Below are positions 52,461-64,000 of a stretch of DNA of 64,000 nt, piece by piece. Origin of the DNA: Styela clava (taxonomy: Eukaryota). A program made the translations under genes and the position numbers. The DNA lies in the NCBI RefSeq assembly GCF_964204865.1, contig NC_135256.1, forward strand, positions 15,996,001 through 16,060,000, in the 5' to 3' direction. The notes under the pieces were generated by a model. It did not search any database and was not told the origin of the DNA. It saw nothing but the letters and a program-made list of their open reading frames with translations. Positions within the stretch are counted from its first letter, which is position 1. The number at the start of each line of letters is the position of its first letter.

Positions 52461-55400
52461 TTTTAGATCAAGGTTTTTCACCTATTTTGTTTAAAATGGC
52501 GCTTTCCGTATTGAATATATTTCAAACAAGTAAAATGAATGTAAGAACTTGCCTAATCGATTCGTATCGTCAATATATCTTTGAAACACCACAGGAGTTG
52601 TGACTCGCCAGATTCCTCGTGGTGGGATTATCGGTTTTTATTAGTTAGGTGTGTTGTGTTTTTAATTTCTTGAAGCCATCATTTTGGTTATATTAAATAG
52701 AATGCCACGACAATTTAGGGAAATAAAATCTTGAATATGGATGCATGGATGAAACCAGCAATAGTTGGCCTGAATCTAAATTCTCCGGGTGAGGCAAAGG
52801 AATGAAAGCACTGGCGAAAAACTTACGAGAACTACATTGAAGAATTATATATATATGAGTGCTCAAGAGGGCCAATCTTTGAATAAACTCGAGAGGTTGA
52901 TCAATTAGGTATCTCACAATGTTTATAAATGAATTGAATATGTGGGCACTTATAACAAGAGAGCTATGCTCCAATATAAGGACACGTAACAGCAGATACC
53001 ACAGTCTACAAATATATATACACCAAGCGCAGTTTGCTGATTTAAAAAAAGCCCCTATATTAAAAGACATAAATTGTAACTGTGACTGCAAACCCTGCTT
53101 TCACGAGACAGTTTGGGCTTCCATATCGACAAAGCGGCACTGTTACCGACCGGTACCAAGATTTTCCAGATTCTGTTTCAAAGTGAATTGAAATACCAAC
53201 TGATTTGAGTTACTACGGTATTATAACAGTAAATACCGCAGTCTACAAATATATGGAAACCAATTGAAGCAGTAAGTTTACCTTACCTTTAATCTTACCG
53301 ACAGATCAATACCGCAGTCAACAAATATATGGACACCAAGCAAATCAGTAGTTTACCTTCGCAAGATTGTGGGTACCGGACCACCGGTAAGTTCAAAAAT
53401 CTTCTTGAGCAAGAATTTTCAGAATCGGCCGTCATGCTTGGCGGATTAAAAAAGTTTTATCCCTTGATTAAAAAGTAATACAGCGAAATTTTGGATAAAT
53501 TATTAATTCTTCTAGGATTCACAGGAAATTTGAAAAAAAAAGTAATAGCCTTCAGGACAACAATTTCATCTTCAATCACTGAAATTGCAATGCAATTGGT
53601 CCAGTAATCAAAGAGAAAAGCGACGTTTTCATAACGATGTAATTTAGTCCGGCAGATAAGGGGACCTCTTTGGCCCAAATTTGATTTCAGACATAAAGTT
53701 TTTTTTATTTGTGATTATTCATCTTGGGGTCATTGCCCATCATTTCTACATGGGTGTGGAGTTTGCAGCCTTGAGCAATTTTTTTTACGGCTCGATATTT
53801 GTATTAGTGTTTTTCGTCAAACCTGTGCATCATAATGACGCACAACCTGAACCATAACTTGTTACAATACTATGTTCAGGTTGTGCGCAATCTTGGTGCA
53901 CAAACTACGCAAGCACCAAATTTACTAGGAAATAAAATCAATAACTTTTAGGTATTTGTTGAGCCCAGCTTTGGGTCGGGACCCATATACAGTATATGGA
54001 AATACTGTCGAAACATACGCGTAAAATAAAGAGTACTATTACAAAATACCCGTTTTTGTTGCAATTAACAATGCAAGCCTGCTAATACAGTCGCCAGTGG
54101 TTCAAGTGGATATGCACCCGGTGGAGAACAGTCAATTATTTGTTAGCGAGAATTGAGATGCAGCGGGATGATCACGACGACGCAGTGAAAGATAATGATA
54201 TCACAAGAACAAGAATGAGAAAATTGTCATATTTTATAGTATATCCATGGGAAAGAATGTAGTTCATTCTTATGTTCCATGCCAATGCTTTTCAAACTAC
54301 CAAAGACTCTCAACACTTTTGCTTCTTCTCTTCTATAAAAATACATTGTTATTATATATTCGCATTTCCATCTGTTTGTTCGTGCTCCCAGATAACCGAT
54401 CAGCGGCCTCCAAGGAGGAGGGGGTCCCCTTTCACGAAAGCCTGTCATAAACTAAAAGAGGCGACCGTGCTTCTCTTGCCTGTTGTCGTGCTGTTCCTGG
54501 AATTCAGCTACAACAAAAATTTCACGAAAACGGATTTTTAAATTTTATGATTTTATTAATATTCTCAACAATGAATGATATACGGGTGGTAAAATGCCAA
54601 GTTATTCCAACAACATGATCATGTTTTGCAATTTACAACCAATATTTTGTATGTAACTTTGTTTGACAGAGCCCCAAGAGCTCTAACTACAAATATCAAA
54701 AATGTGAGGCCAAAATAGTCACACTGCAACATTGTCAAATGTGCTGTATTTACGATAGATAACAGGTTTACCAAAAAGAATTACATGAAAAATGGTAAAA
54801 TAAAGTTCAATTCAGCAATATCTACTTGGTTATACGCATCTGTTGATGATTTTATGTGTTTGTTTTGGAAGTTTAATAACAGAATTAATTGTGGTTGTTG
54901 GGGATGTTTTAAAAAAAGATTGCATGGAAAAAAGTTTTCACAAAATGTCAAGGTTTGATTGTAGTAGAGAAGTAGAAAAACTACTCCCATGTTTTTTTTT
55001 CATTTGATAACCACGCCACAGAACTTCCCCGATAAGTATACGCAGCAATTGCGAGAGGCAGAAGTGCCAAGATGGGATTTCATCGCATTGCAAACCAATA
55101 TTAGCAATTCTTATATATATTCGCGCATTCCCATCTGAACAGCGTGGAAAAGATTATACCCATCTACACTTTAAGAACTATGTCAGATGAGCGTCATATT
55201 ATCAAAAATCAGTAAAGGAATAGTGCAATGGGAAAAGACATATAAGGCGGAACTTTCAATAGTATGCAATCAAATAATCTTATTGTAGAATATATATTTA
55301 AAAACATTTCGTCACGCCAACTGCAGTCCGAAACTTTTTGTCTCTGGCTGAGCTTAGATACCAATTGGCACTCATGTAAACTGGTAAGGCTGTAAGAGGC

Positions 55401-55585
55401 ACGCGATGGAGCAGATACTAAGAGTATCCATACCCCAGCTGTCATTTGAGTGGGTACTTCTGTTTTTATTGCAGATGTGATTGATCTTTTTGTATTATAC
55501 TGGCATCACCGATTTAAGGATGCTGGAAACCAACACGCAATATTACAAAACTTACTCTCAACACGCGGTTTGAATGAATGAAAAA

Positions 55586-57164
55586 TAGGCTTGCACGTAA
55601 TTGACAAAAATCAATTCCGTAATTACGGCCAAATCGATTACGTAATGACCCCGTAATTGCGATATTTTTTTCACACATTTAAACCTATCATAACAACCAA
55701 TTTAATCCACTTCTATCCCGAATGGGACATCGAAGTTTGGTTTTCATATTCCCGGCAGTACTACACGCCGGCGACAGATGTTAAAGACAAATATCAAGGA
55801 GTGAATTCAAAATAATTTTATTCTGATTTTTATCTTTTGTATTAGCTTTGATTTTTTTATCCACTTTATCACCAAATTTTATGCGATCAATTTTATCATT
55901 ACCAACACTGGTAATATATTTAAGAAACGATAGTTCAGTTTTTTGAAATCGTATTAACGTATTAATACGACTTTCGTATTAGATAAAAATTCCGGGTTGC
56001 TAATTTATTAATCAACTACAAGCGTATTCTCTCGTTTGATTATACTTTCGCTTGCCTCGCGACGAAGACTTGTTATTTCACCGTTTTTTACAATATCCGA
56101 CTTTACTACTTGTTAGCATTTTATAATAATTATTGATGCCGACTTATTGACGATATTCCGAATTCCATGCTTCATTTTACATTAAATCATTTCGCGGCCT
56201 AAAAGTTATAACATTATTTGCGATAAATTTAGATCAAATATTAATTATTTGCGCATTATTTAAAATACCGTACTTATATGACATGCCTTCTCCGAAAATA
56301 CAAAGTTATATCGCAAAACAATGCATTTTGTGACATTTATTTTGCACTCATGAAAATATAAATTTATTTTTCTAACTCAAGTCGACAATCCTATTTGCCA
56401 AGATTGACACAAGTTTGGTCGAGTGCCGGTGGTATTCGAGTCGACGACAAATCAAAATAAGTTGCCGCATTTGGTAAAGACAGGCAATCATATTTGGCCG
56501 ACATATTGCGAGGCGTTGTGAAAAACATATTGAGCAATGCCATGTCCGGACAGATATATAACGATAAAATCAGTAACAGAACATCAAGATTTTGTAATAG
56601 AAAATGGATCTCGCGCAAAATAAACACGTGAGATCCCGTCGTATTGTTGTTTCTCTGCCGTCTCAATCGCTTTACCGATGCCGAAAAGACTAAGTTGCGT
56701 TGGTTCTTTACGCAATTTCTCTTCCGTCTTTATATTGCTGTTTGATAAGCGCGACATTAATTATCACGGCATTTACAAATAGACCATGTTTTATAAGTTG
56801 ATCTCTTACATTCTTTAATCATTTCACCCGAAGAAGTTGAAACCAGGTGTGTTGACGTCCATCGGTCTCATCACAATTCTATTCCTTATCTACGGTTAAT
56901 ATGTACATTGGACATCCTAGATAAGTTGATAATAGGGCAGTAAATGACGCGTTATGGCTTCCCCATCTGCCTAACAAGAGAGAGAAAAACGGCTGCGAAA
57001 AACCGGAACTGTAACTTCTTTTACTTAACTTTAATTTTTTACAATCGACGGAATTGACTGCTCTGAAGAGAGCTCGTTTACGACTTTACGTAATTCGTAA
57101 CTTCGCTTCCGTAACTCGAAATAATTCCGTAACTCCATAAATCCGTAAATTACGTGCAAGCCTA
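55586..57164. mobile_element. hAT (Ac-type) non-autonomous element, 1579 bp
   Basis: TIRs TAGGCTTGCACGTAATT / AATTACGTGCAAGCCTA with CGTAA subterminal repeats; perfect TSD ATGAAAAA at 55578-55585 and 57165-57172. Confidence 0.93.
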
Positions 57165-58080
57165 ATGAAAAAGCTGAAACTAGTATTCTTTAGAACAGCA
57201 TACAAATTCTATGGAATGAAATCATACACAAAAGCTCGTCAAAAACCTATAGCCTAATAATCAAGTGGAATTTGATGCATGTGCGCAAAAATGTGCGCGT
57301 TACTACGAACAACCGAGGCACGCAGGAAAATGTGTGTGATGTACTAGTATTCAAAACGTTTGACTCACCTATGTTGGCATAACAGGTGCACATCTCGGTT
57401 TTGCATACGCATACCTTCTATCTCCACAAGGATATAATAATTTTGCCAAAGTCAATGCAGCACTGAAAGGTTGCGGTTCCTCCAAAAGAAAACACGTTAC
57501 ACATCTTTAGATACCAGTGGATGGTTTTACATGGCCTTGTTCGGAGTGAAAGACGAAGTCAAATATTCCAATCCAATTCAACTAATAAAATATTTCCCAA
57601 GTTTCTAAGCTTAAACTAGGAAAACGAAATGCGCGCGGCAACGCAAATGTAGTTTGAAGAGCGCAATAGAAAGTTGCTAGATGCTGTCGATGGATCTTGG
57701 CTTGTATTAGTGAAATAAACTACCATTTATTCTACTAAAATTGAATTTCTGACATTGTAAAAAGATTCAATGTTACTATGTATGCAAAACTAAACCATGT
57801 AGTTATGAAATAATTGTTTTTAACAAAAAGGCGCTCCTGAAGTATTCGTACCAAGATGGCGCACAACCTGAACATTGTATGTTTACCAGGTTAGGGTTCA
57901 GGATGTGCGTCATCTTGGACCGAATACTTTGTTGTTGTTGTTATGTTTTATGGCGCTTATAACTTCAGTGGTCTTTTGCGCCTTTGATCATTTTGAATTT
58001 AAAAATCCTATACTAACATATAATACAATATTTACGAATATATAATTATACAATTGAATCAATTACAATAGGTAATTTTT

Positions 58081-61000
58081 CTAAATATTTCTGCCCGTAG
58101 ACAAAACAAATTCGATAACAGTTTCAATAATATCCATGTTACTAAACACTTCTTCCAAAGTCATTTCCAGTTTAAGTTTTCTGGCTTTGCTAATGACTGG
58201 TCTTCTTTGATGATTATATCGTTGACAATGCAATATGTAGTGGTCTACGGTCTCCGGTACGAAACACTGTTCACAAAATCCGTCAGAATGACAGCCAATT
58301 TTATGTAAATGTGCATTCAGGGCGCAATGGCCAGTTTGCAATCGGAATAAAATAACTTGATATTTACGTGACAAAGTTTCGTTCTCTTGTCGTGACATCG
58401 TGGTAGGATGAAATCTTTTATAATGGCTTGCTGATTCATTATTAACATATTCCGTATTCCATTTTTCTCGAGCCAATATATCAAAATATGATTTTGCTTC
58501 TGAGACGGAAAGTGGCAGAATTGCATCGAGGGAAAGTTTGTTGATTGCTCCTTTTGCCAGGTTATCCACTATTTCGTTTCCGATAATTCCTACGTGAGCT
58601 GGTGACCATAGGAATGTAATTTGTATTCCTTGTTTTGTTAACACCGAGTTTATTGTAGCTATTTTCGCTATTAATATGTTTTTGAATGTTGAATAATTAG
58701 GAAGAGCTGAAAGGGCATTGAGACAGTCTGTTATTATCAATACACGTTCCGGTCTTGTTGTTGCGATCCATCTGAGACAACCCAGAATTGCGTATAGCTC
58801 CGATGTATGTGAAGAGACATATCGATGTAATTTCAGTTTTTTCTCTACTTTCGCTTGAGGCACATGATATGCAGCACCCACGCCAAATGTGTTTTTCGAA
58901 CCGTCAGTAAATACTTGTACATAGTCTCGATAGTTTTCGTGTATATGGTCAAGGAATGAAGTTTGAAGTATTGTTGGTGAACATGTTGTACCGTAAATAG
59001 TTAACGATGTATCAATTTGCGGTGGCTTCATTATCCAGGGAGGAATCTCGAAATTGACATATTTTGCAACAGAGAAGTCGGTAAAAAAGCTGTTAGTTGT
59101 TTTAATATTAAACTTTGCAAATGATGGTTTGTCAGGAAAATATTCTTCCCACGACTGTTTGAATAATTGTGCTGTAATTTCGCTGTCATGAGGAATCATT
59201 CTGCATTTGTAATGTAGACATTTTCTATAATGTATAACATGTAAGGGCATTTCTTTACACTGGGATTGTAAAGCTATAATGGGAGTACTTTTTAATGCAC
59301 CCAAGCAAATGCGTAAACATTGTGATTGGATTACAGCCAGTTTCTGCAATATAGTCGGGGATGCAAAATAAATTGCTTCCATGCCGTACTCGATAACTGG
59401 CTTTATTATCGCCCTATATACTGTGAGCAAGGTATTCTTATTTGCACCCCACTTCGTACCCGATAATGCACGTAACAAATTCACTCTTTTACCGCATCTT
59501 TTTTCTATGTATTCAATATGTTGTCTGTATGTCAATCTTGAATCAAATATGACTCCCAGGTATTTGCAGTCCTTCTCAAATTTGAGACTAGATCCTTCTA
59601 TTTTCAATATTGTATGCGGTAGTTTTCTTCGTCTCGTGAAAAGAATGGCTTTTGATTTTGTTTTCGAGAGGCGAAACCCCCAATCATTGTACCAGTAATT
59701 AATATTGTCTAGATTAGTTTGGACCTTTGTAAAAAAATGATCAATATTTAACTCAACTTCCCAAATACTGCAGTCGTCCGCAAAGAGCGCTATGTTTGAA
59801 GAAACGCACTGGGGCGAATCGTTTGTCATAACATTAAAAAGAAGTGGTGATAAAACGCTACCTTGAGGAATTCCGTTAGCGAGCTTGAATATATCGGACA
59901 TTGTGTTGCCGATACGGACTTGAAAGGTACGGATCGACAAAAACGATTTAATCCACATAAAAGATCGTCCACGTATCCCAATATTATACAGTTTGTATAA
60001 GAGGCCACAACGCCAGACCATGTCGTAAGCCTTTTCTAAATCGAGAAACACTGCTAGAACAGATCTTTTATTTGCCAAAGCTTTATAGATATCATCATGT
60101 ATTCGAAGGATATTATCGGTTGTTTAGCGATGATTTCTAAATCCAGATTGTTTCGTCGTTATCAAATTAAACTTTTCAAGATACCATTTGAGGCGGTTTG
60201 CAATTAGTCGTTCCATTACCTTACATAAGTTGGACGTCAACGAAATGGGTCTGTATGATGATATAAGATTATTTGGTTTGTTAGATTTTAATATGGGAAC
60301 TACGATGGAGTGGCGCCAATGAGCTGGTAATTGTCCTTTTATCCAAATAAGATTAAAAAGTTGTAGGAGTATTATTTTGCATTTATGGGGCAAGTGTCTG
60401 AGCATAGGATAACATATTTCATCATATCCGGGAGATGTATTCTTTCTCGGTCGCAAAACGTTGTCTAGTTCCCATTCCGAAAAAGGAACATCTAGGATGC
60501 CGTCCGTATCTTTTACTTCAACTTGACAAGTTTTTTCAAACTGTAATTTTCTGATTAAAAAGTTCGTGGAATAGTTATCGGATGAGCTGACTGATGTAAA
60601 ATAACGTCCAAACGCTTTGACTTTTTCAGAATCATCAACTAGAGTACGATTATTGTCAACTATTGCTGGTATTTTAAATTGATTGTTACCTATATTAGAC
60701 ATTGCACGAACTGTTCTCCATAGTTGTGTAACGTTTGAGTTTTTGCTGAGAGAACTACAATAGTTTTGCCAACAGGTCTTTTTTGCCTCTAGTATTCCGC
60801 GTCGTGCATTTGCTCTGCAACGTTTAAAATTAATTATATCAATAGGTGACATGGATCGTTTCATCCTGTTGTAAGCGCTTCGTTTCAGTCTTATAAGTTT
60901 GGAGCATTCATCATTCCACCAAGGGGTTGCTGGTTTTTTTATATGGTTTAGTTTTGGGGATAGACAGCCTAGCTACCGTAACAAGCGAATTTGTGAAATT

Positions 61001-61786
61001 GTCGCAAAATTCTTCAACGTCTTCAGATTTCAATACATCTGATATATGAGTATCTGAAAGTCGATTAAATTTATCCCAGTTCGCTCGTTTGAATGCCCAA
61101 TTTGGTTTGAATTGGTCTGACATTGACATCTTAATATCAACAGATGTTGTAATTATGTAATGGTCGCTCCCGATTAGTTCGTCTGATACACGAGTGACGC
61201 ATCTGTGTGCAATATTAGCACTGGCGAGAGAGAGGTCTAAAAGCGAACTGTGATTACTAGCATTGAGATGGATATTCAATCTAGTTGGACAAGTATTCAG
61301 AACGACATAGGAATGTAGGTCAATCAACTTAGAAAGTATACGCCCAGATGTGTTGCAGTATGAACTGCCCCAGAGTGTGTGGTGTGAGTTGAAATCTCCC
61401 AATATGAGTGTGTTTGAGTGTAGTTGTACGAATACTGACATGAATTCATGTTCATCAAGGTGTGTATCCGGTGGAATATATATATTAACAATCTTGATAC
61501 CTTTGACAACAATGCCTTGAATCTCTATTTCTCGATAGGTGGTTAACGGCATGGGGGTGTATGGTAACGAGTTATCCACGAACATGCATAGCCCTCCACC
61601 AAAAGTGTTCCGATCTTGTCTAATTAACGTATAACCATATAAAACAGGCGTGTATTTGCTAGATAAAAAGGTCTCTTGGAGCAAAATGACATTTGGCTTT
61701 GAAGACAAGGTATCTATATAATGTTTGAATTCGTGTATTTTTCTGTATATGCCTCTGCAGTTCCATTGCATTAGTGAGAGTACCAT
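58081..61786 (-). pseudogene. LINE ORF2 (AP endonuclease - reverse transcriptase - RNase H - zinc finger), broken by one frameshift and one stop
   Basis: APE (QWNCRG, LQET, GDFNSHH, SDH), RT (YRPISLTS, FLDLEKAYD, GIPQGSVLSP, FADD, YLG), RNase H (FTDGSK, ELYAI, HVGIIGNEIVD) and CEQC..HYILHC. Frameshift in an A7 run (60934-60940); in-frame TAA at 60124-60126. Confidence 0.92.
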
Positions 61787-63066
61787 TATTTCAGATTAAC
61801 TAAGGAAACAAGTTTCTGTTTATCTAAAATCATCCCAATATTTTTATGCGTCGTTTTTATTATTTCTGACATCATGTCCAATTCTGATTCTTTAGAAATC
61901 GATTTTAAAATGATTTTGATGATATCTGCTATGAAAGCACAAAATGATAATGAATTTATTTTGGGTATTTGAATGTACTCATCAGTATGACGTCCACTCA
62001 TGCCGCCATATTGTGGACTTCGCTGGAAAGGCAGTTGATTTTTCATTGACCGCGTTATTCTATGTTGACAACATGTAGTTTGTGACAGATCAACTGACTG
62101 TACTGGCTGAGACATAGTATGACGGAATATTTCTAGATTAGAAGGACATTCGGTACCCGGCAGAACGGGAAAATTTTCTTCTGAAAAAATTGGTGCAGCT
62201 GCAATGTTGTTTTTTCTGACAATTGATCTTGCCTCCCAATAAGTGACGCTTTGTTGAGCACGAATTTTTTGTATATGTGCCTCTTCTTTGTACCTAGGAC
62301 ATCCGCCATATGCCGCACTATGATTTCCTTCACAATGTAAACATACTCGATCTGCTTTTTCACATTCATTGGTAAGGTGACGTCCTCCGCACCTCGCGCA
62401 ACGCGTTGATCCCCGACAATTTTTGGAAATATGTCCAAAAGACTGGCAGTTAAAACATCTTAATGGTGGCGGATTGTATACTCGTACTGCAAATCTCAAG
62501 TACCCCACATGTACGACTGAAGGCAATCGGGTAGTATCGAAAAATAACAGAACGGATAAACTTGGAGTTGTTTCAGTATTATTTAATGAAGTATTGTTTG
62601 TCTTTCGTACCTTAAATCTCTGCGACTTTATGACGTGTTGATCGCTTAGAAAGTTTAATAGCTCGGAGTCAGATATGTCAATCGGCACTCCACTGAATAC
62701 ACCTTTCGACTGAACGTTTGTTTGTTTATATTCTTCCGCTTTAATAGGAATTTTCGCGTCACCCAATTGTTTACAATTTATCAGTTTCGTCATTTGGGAT
62801 TTGCCACAACAATCTATCAATAGTTCTCCACTAGCCAAAACTTTCACGACTTTGTATTCGCCGATTTGTTCACGTAACCCTTTATTAACTGCATTAGGAT
62901 TGTATGTCCTTATTGGACGGTCAACACCTGATATCACAACGCGGAATTGTTGACTTTCCGCTTCTGTCGTTTTAGTTAATGCAACATTTCTCAATTTGAT
63001 TGAAGGCCCAATTTCATCCTTACCCCGACGTTTATTTGTTTGTTCTTCGATTCCATACATATCCAA
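61786..63066 (-). CDS. LINE ORF1, gag-like nucleic-acid-binding protein (426 aa)
   Basis: Three CCHC knuckles: CFNCQSFGHISKNC, CARCGGRHLTNEC and CLHCEGNHSAAYGGC. Intact ORF. Confidence 0.93.
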   Translation of the reverse strand: MDMYGIEEQTNKRRGKDEIGPSIKLRNVALTKTTEAESQQFRVVISGVDRPIRTYNPNAVNKGLREQIGEYKVVKVLASGELLIDCCGKSQMTKLINCKQLGDAKIPIKAEEYKQTNVQSKGVFSGVPIDISDSELLNFLSDQHVIKSQRFKVRKTNNTSLNNTETTPSLSVLLFFDTTRLPSVVHVGYLRFAVRVYNPPPLRCFNCQSFGHISKNCRGSTRCARCGGRHLTNECEKADRVCLHCEGNHSAAYGGCPRYKEEAHIQKIRAQQSVTYWEARSIVRKNNIAAAPIFSEENFPVLPGTECPSNLEIFRHTMSQPVQSVDLSQTTCCQHRITRSMKNQLPFQRSPQYGGMSGRHTDEYIQIPKINSLSFCAFIADIIKIILKSISKESELDMMSEIIKTTHKNIGMILDKQKLVSLVNLK

Positions 63067-63200
63067 CTTTACCAGCCGCAGCCGATAAAATGGGTTTAAA
63101 TATTAAGTTTCCCAATAAGAAATAGGAATGAATACAACTCACAATTTTCCTTGTAGTATATGGGTAGTATCGTTATGAAGTAATTCCCGACTCCGTCAGA

Positions 63201-63234
63201 CGTCCTCACGCGAGCGCCGTCAAAACAAAACTGT
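63201..63234 (-). promoter_or_regulatory. Internal Pol II promoter of the LINE (Inr + DPE)
   Basis: The element starts ACAGTT. Taking the A at 63232 as +1, GGACG (fits the DPE consensus RGWYV) lies exactly at +28..+32. Confidence 0.65.
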
Positions 63235-64000
63235 GACCGAATACTTTAAATCCACTTAAAAAAATTGCTCAACATTAAATACTCCCCACCAACCTGGGTA
63301 TCATTATATATGTCATATACATTATATCTAAACAATGAAAAAAACTTTATGTCCCAAAACAATGTTAAGGCCCGATTCTGCCGGACTAATTCTGAGTCAA
63401 AGAACAACAACATATTTTGTCAAATAACATCCGACAACGTCTCCTGGAGGACAGCGACTCAAGCATTATCTCTTGATCCGGCACAACGTAATTCGTTAAC
63501 CCATGAAGCATCTAGAGTCGAAGAACTGCGACCCTCGACTTTGGCCACTTCCGGAACCACTTTCGAAAATAAAGATATAATAACTGTACTATAATAGGGC
63601 GAAATATGCATTCTATGAATATAATTACCTCAATAGTTAAAATTGCTCAGCTCCGAATTGCTGTACGCATCACGTCTGCTAAGTACCGTTACGCCGTGTC
63701 GGAAAAACGACTACGGACTGCCTGTTGTAGAATGGAATTCCGTGAAATTTTGACATAATTTAGATAAAATAAACAACTATTATCTGGTATTTGATTTTTT
63801 TCATTAGCGCATAAATTTCCCAACATTTGGAGCTTTTAAAAATTACGCTCAAGTTATACGTAGTGCAAATTAATGATATTGTCTATGGACACCAATAAAA
63901 TATATGTGGACGTGTGTATTTCTTTTCTAACTTGATACTTACCACTTTTTATGAAGTTTGTACAATCAGAACATCGTTAATTATTACCCACAATGAACTA

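Larger units (their letters stand above)
57931..63234 (-). mobile_element. Full-length I-group (Nimb/I-like) non-LTR retrotransposon, 5304 bp
   Basis: 13-bp TSD GACCGAATACTTT at 57918-57930 and 63235-63247; (CAA)n 3' tail; ORF1 gag-like; ORF2 APE-RT-RNase H-CCHC. Confidence 0.95.

Noticed and set aside
52990-53360. Three short direct repeats (ATACC.CAGTC.ACAAATATAT) with spacers, superficially CRISPR-like
   Set aside because: Eukaryotic context, irregular spacing, degenerate copies and no cas genes; this is a local duplication.
57363-57590. Strong minus-strand donor (AG|GTGAGT) as a candidate upstream exon of the EGF/WAP gene
   Set aside because: The phase-1 frame is closed by a nearby stop and there is no signal peptide; at best a non-coding exon.
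63265-63594. 109-aa + strand ORF; minus-strand PGDVVGCYL (SPRY-like) motif
   Set aside because: No domain context, and the motif is bounded by stops; likely chance.

Overview
AT-rich eukaryotic genomic DNA with GT-AG introns. The conserved proteins look chordate-like and CpG content is patchy, so my inference is an invertebrate chordate, probably an ascidian. The left half (1-32.7 kb) holds four conserved genes: the 3' exons of cyclin L (+), the mitochondrial 2-oxoglutarate/malate carrier SLC25A11 (+, 8 coding exons), an intronless CDC50/TMEM30 flippase subunit (-) and a class-2 DYRK kinase (DYRK2/3-like, +, 5 coding exons). TMEM30 and DYRK appear to share a divergent CRE-rich promoter near 15.3-15.8 kb. 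The right half holds a modular gene on the - strand, probably for a secreted protein: EGF-WAP-EGF-WAP, a Pro-rich linker and two Cys modules I cannot name. All its introns are phase 1, and I did not find its 5' exon. Around it lies a dense, nested field of transposons: hAT MITEs, Helentron/DINE-like elements, SINEs and a Gypsy fossil. There is also a full-length 5.3-kb I-group (Nimb-like) LINE with a 13-bp TSD, an internal Inr+DPE promoter and a TAATG-coupled ORF1/ORF2. The least-explained signals are the mirror-image GTAC/TACCGGTAC clusters on both sides of the divergent promoter, and the EGF/WAP mosaic protein. All calls were made by eye, with no database searches.
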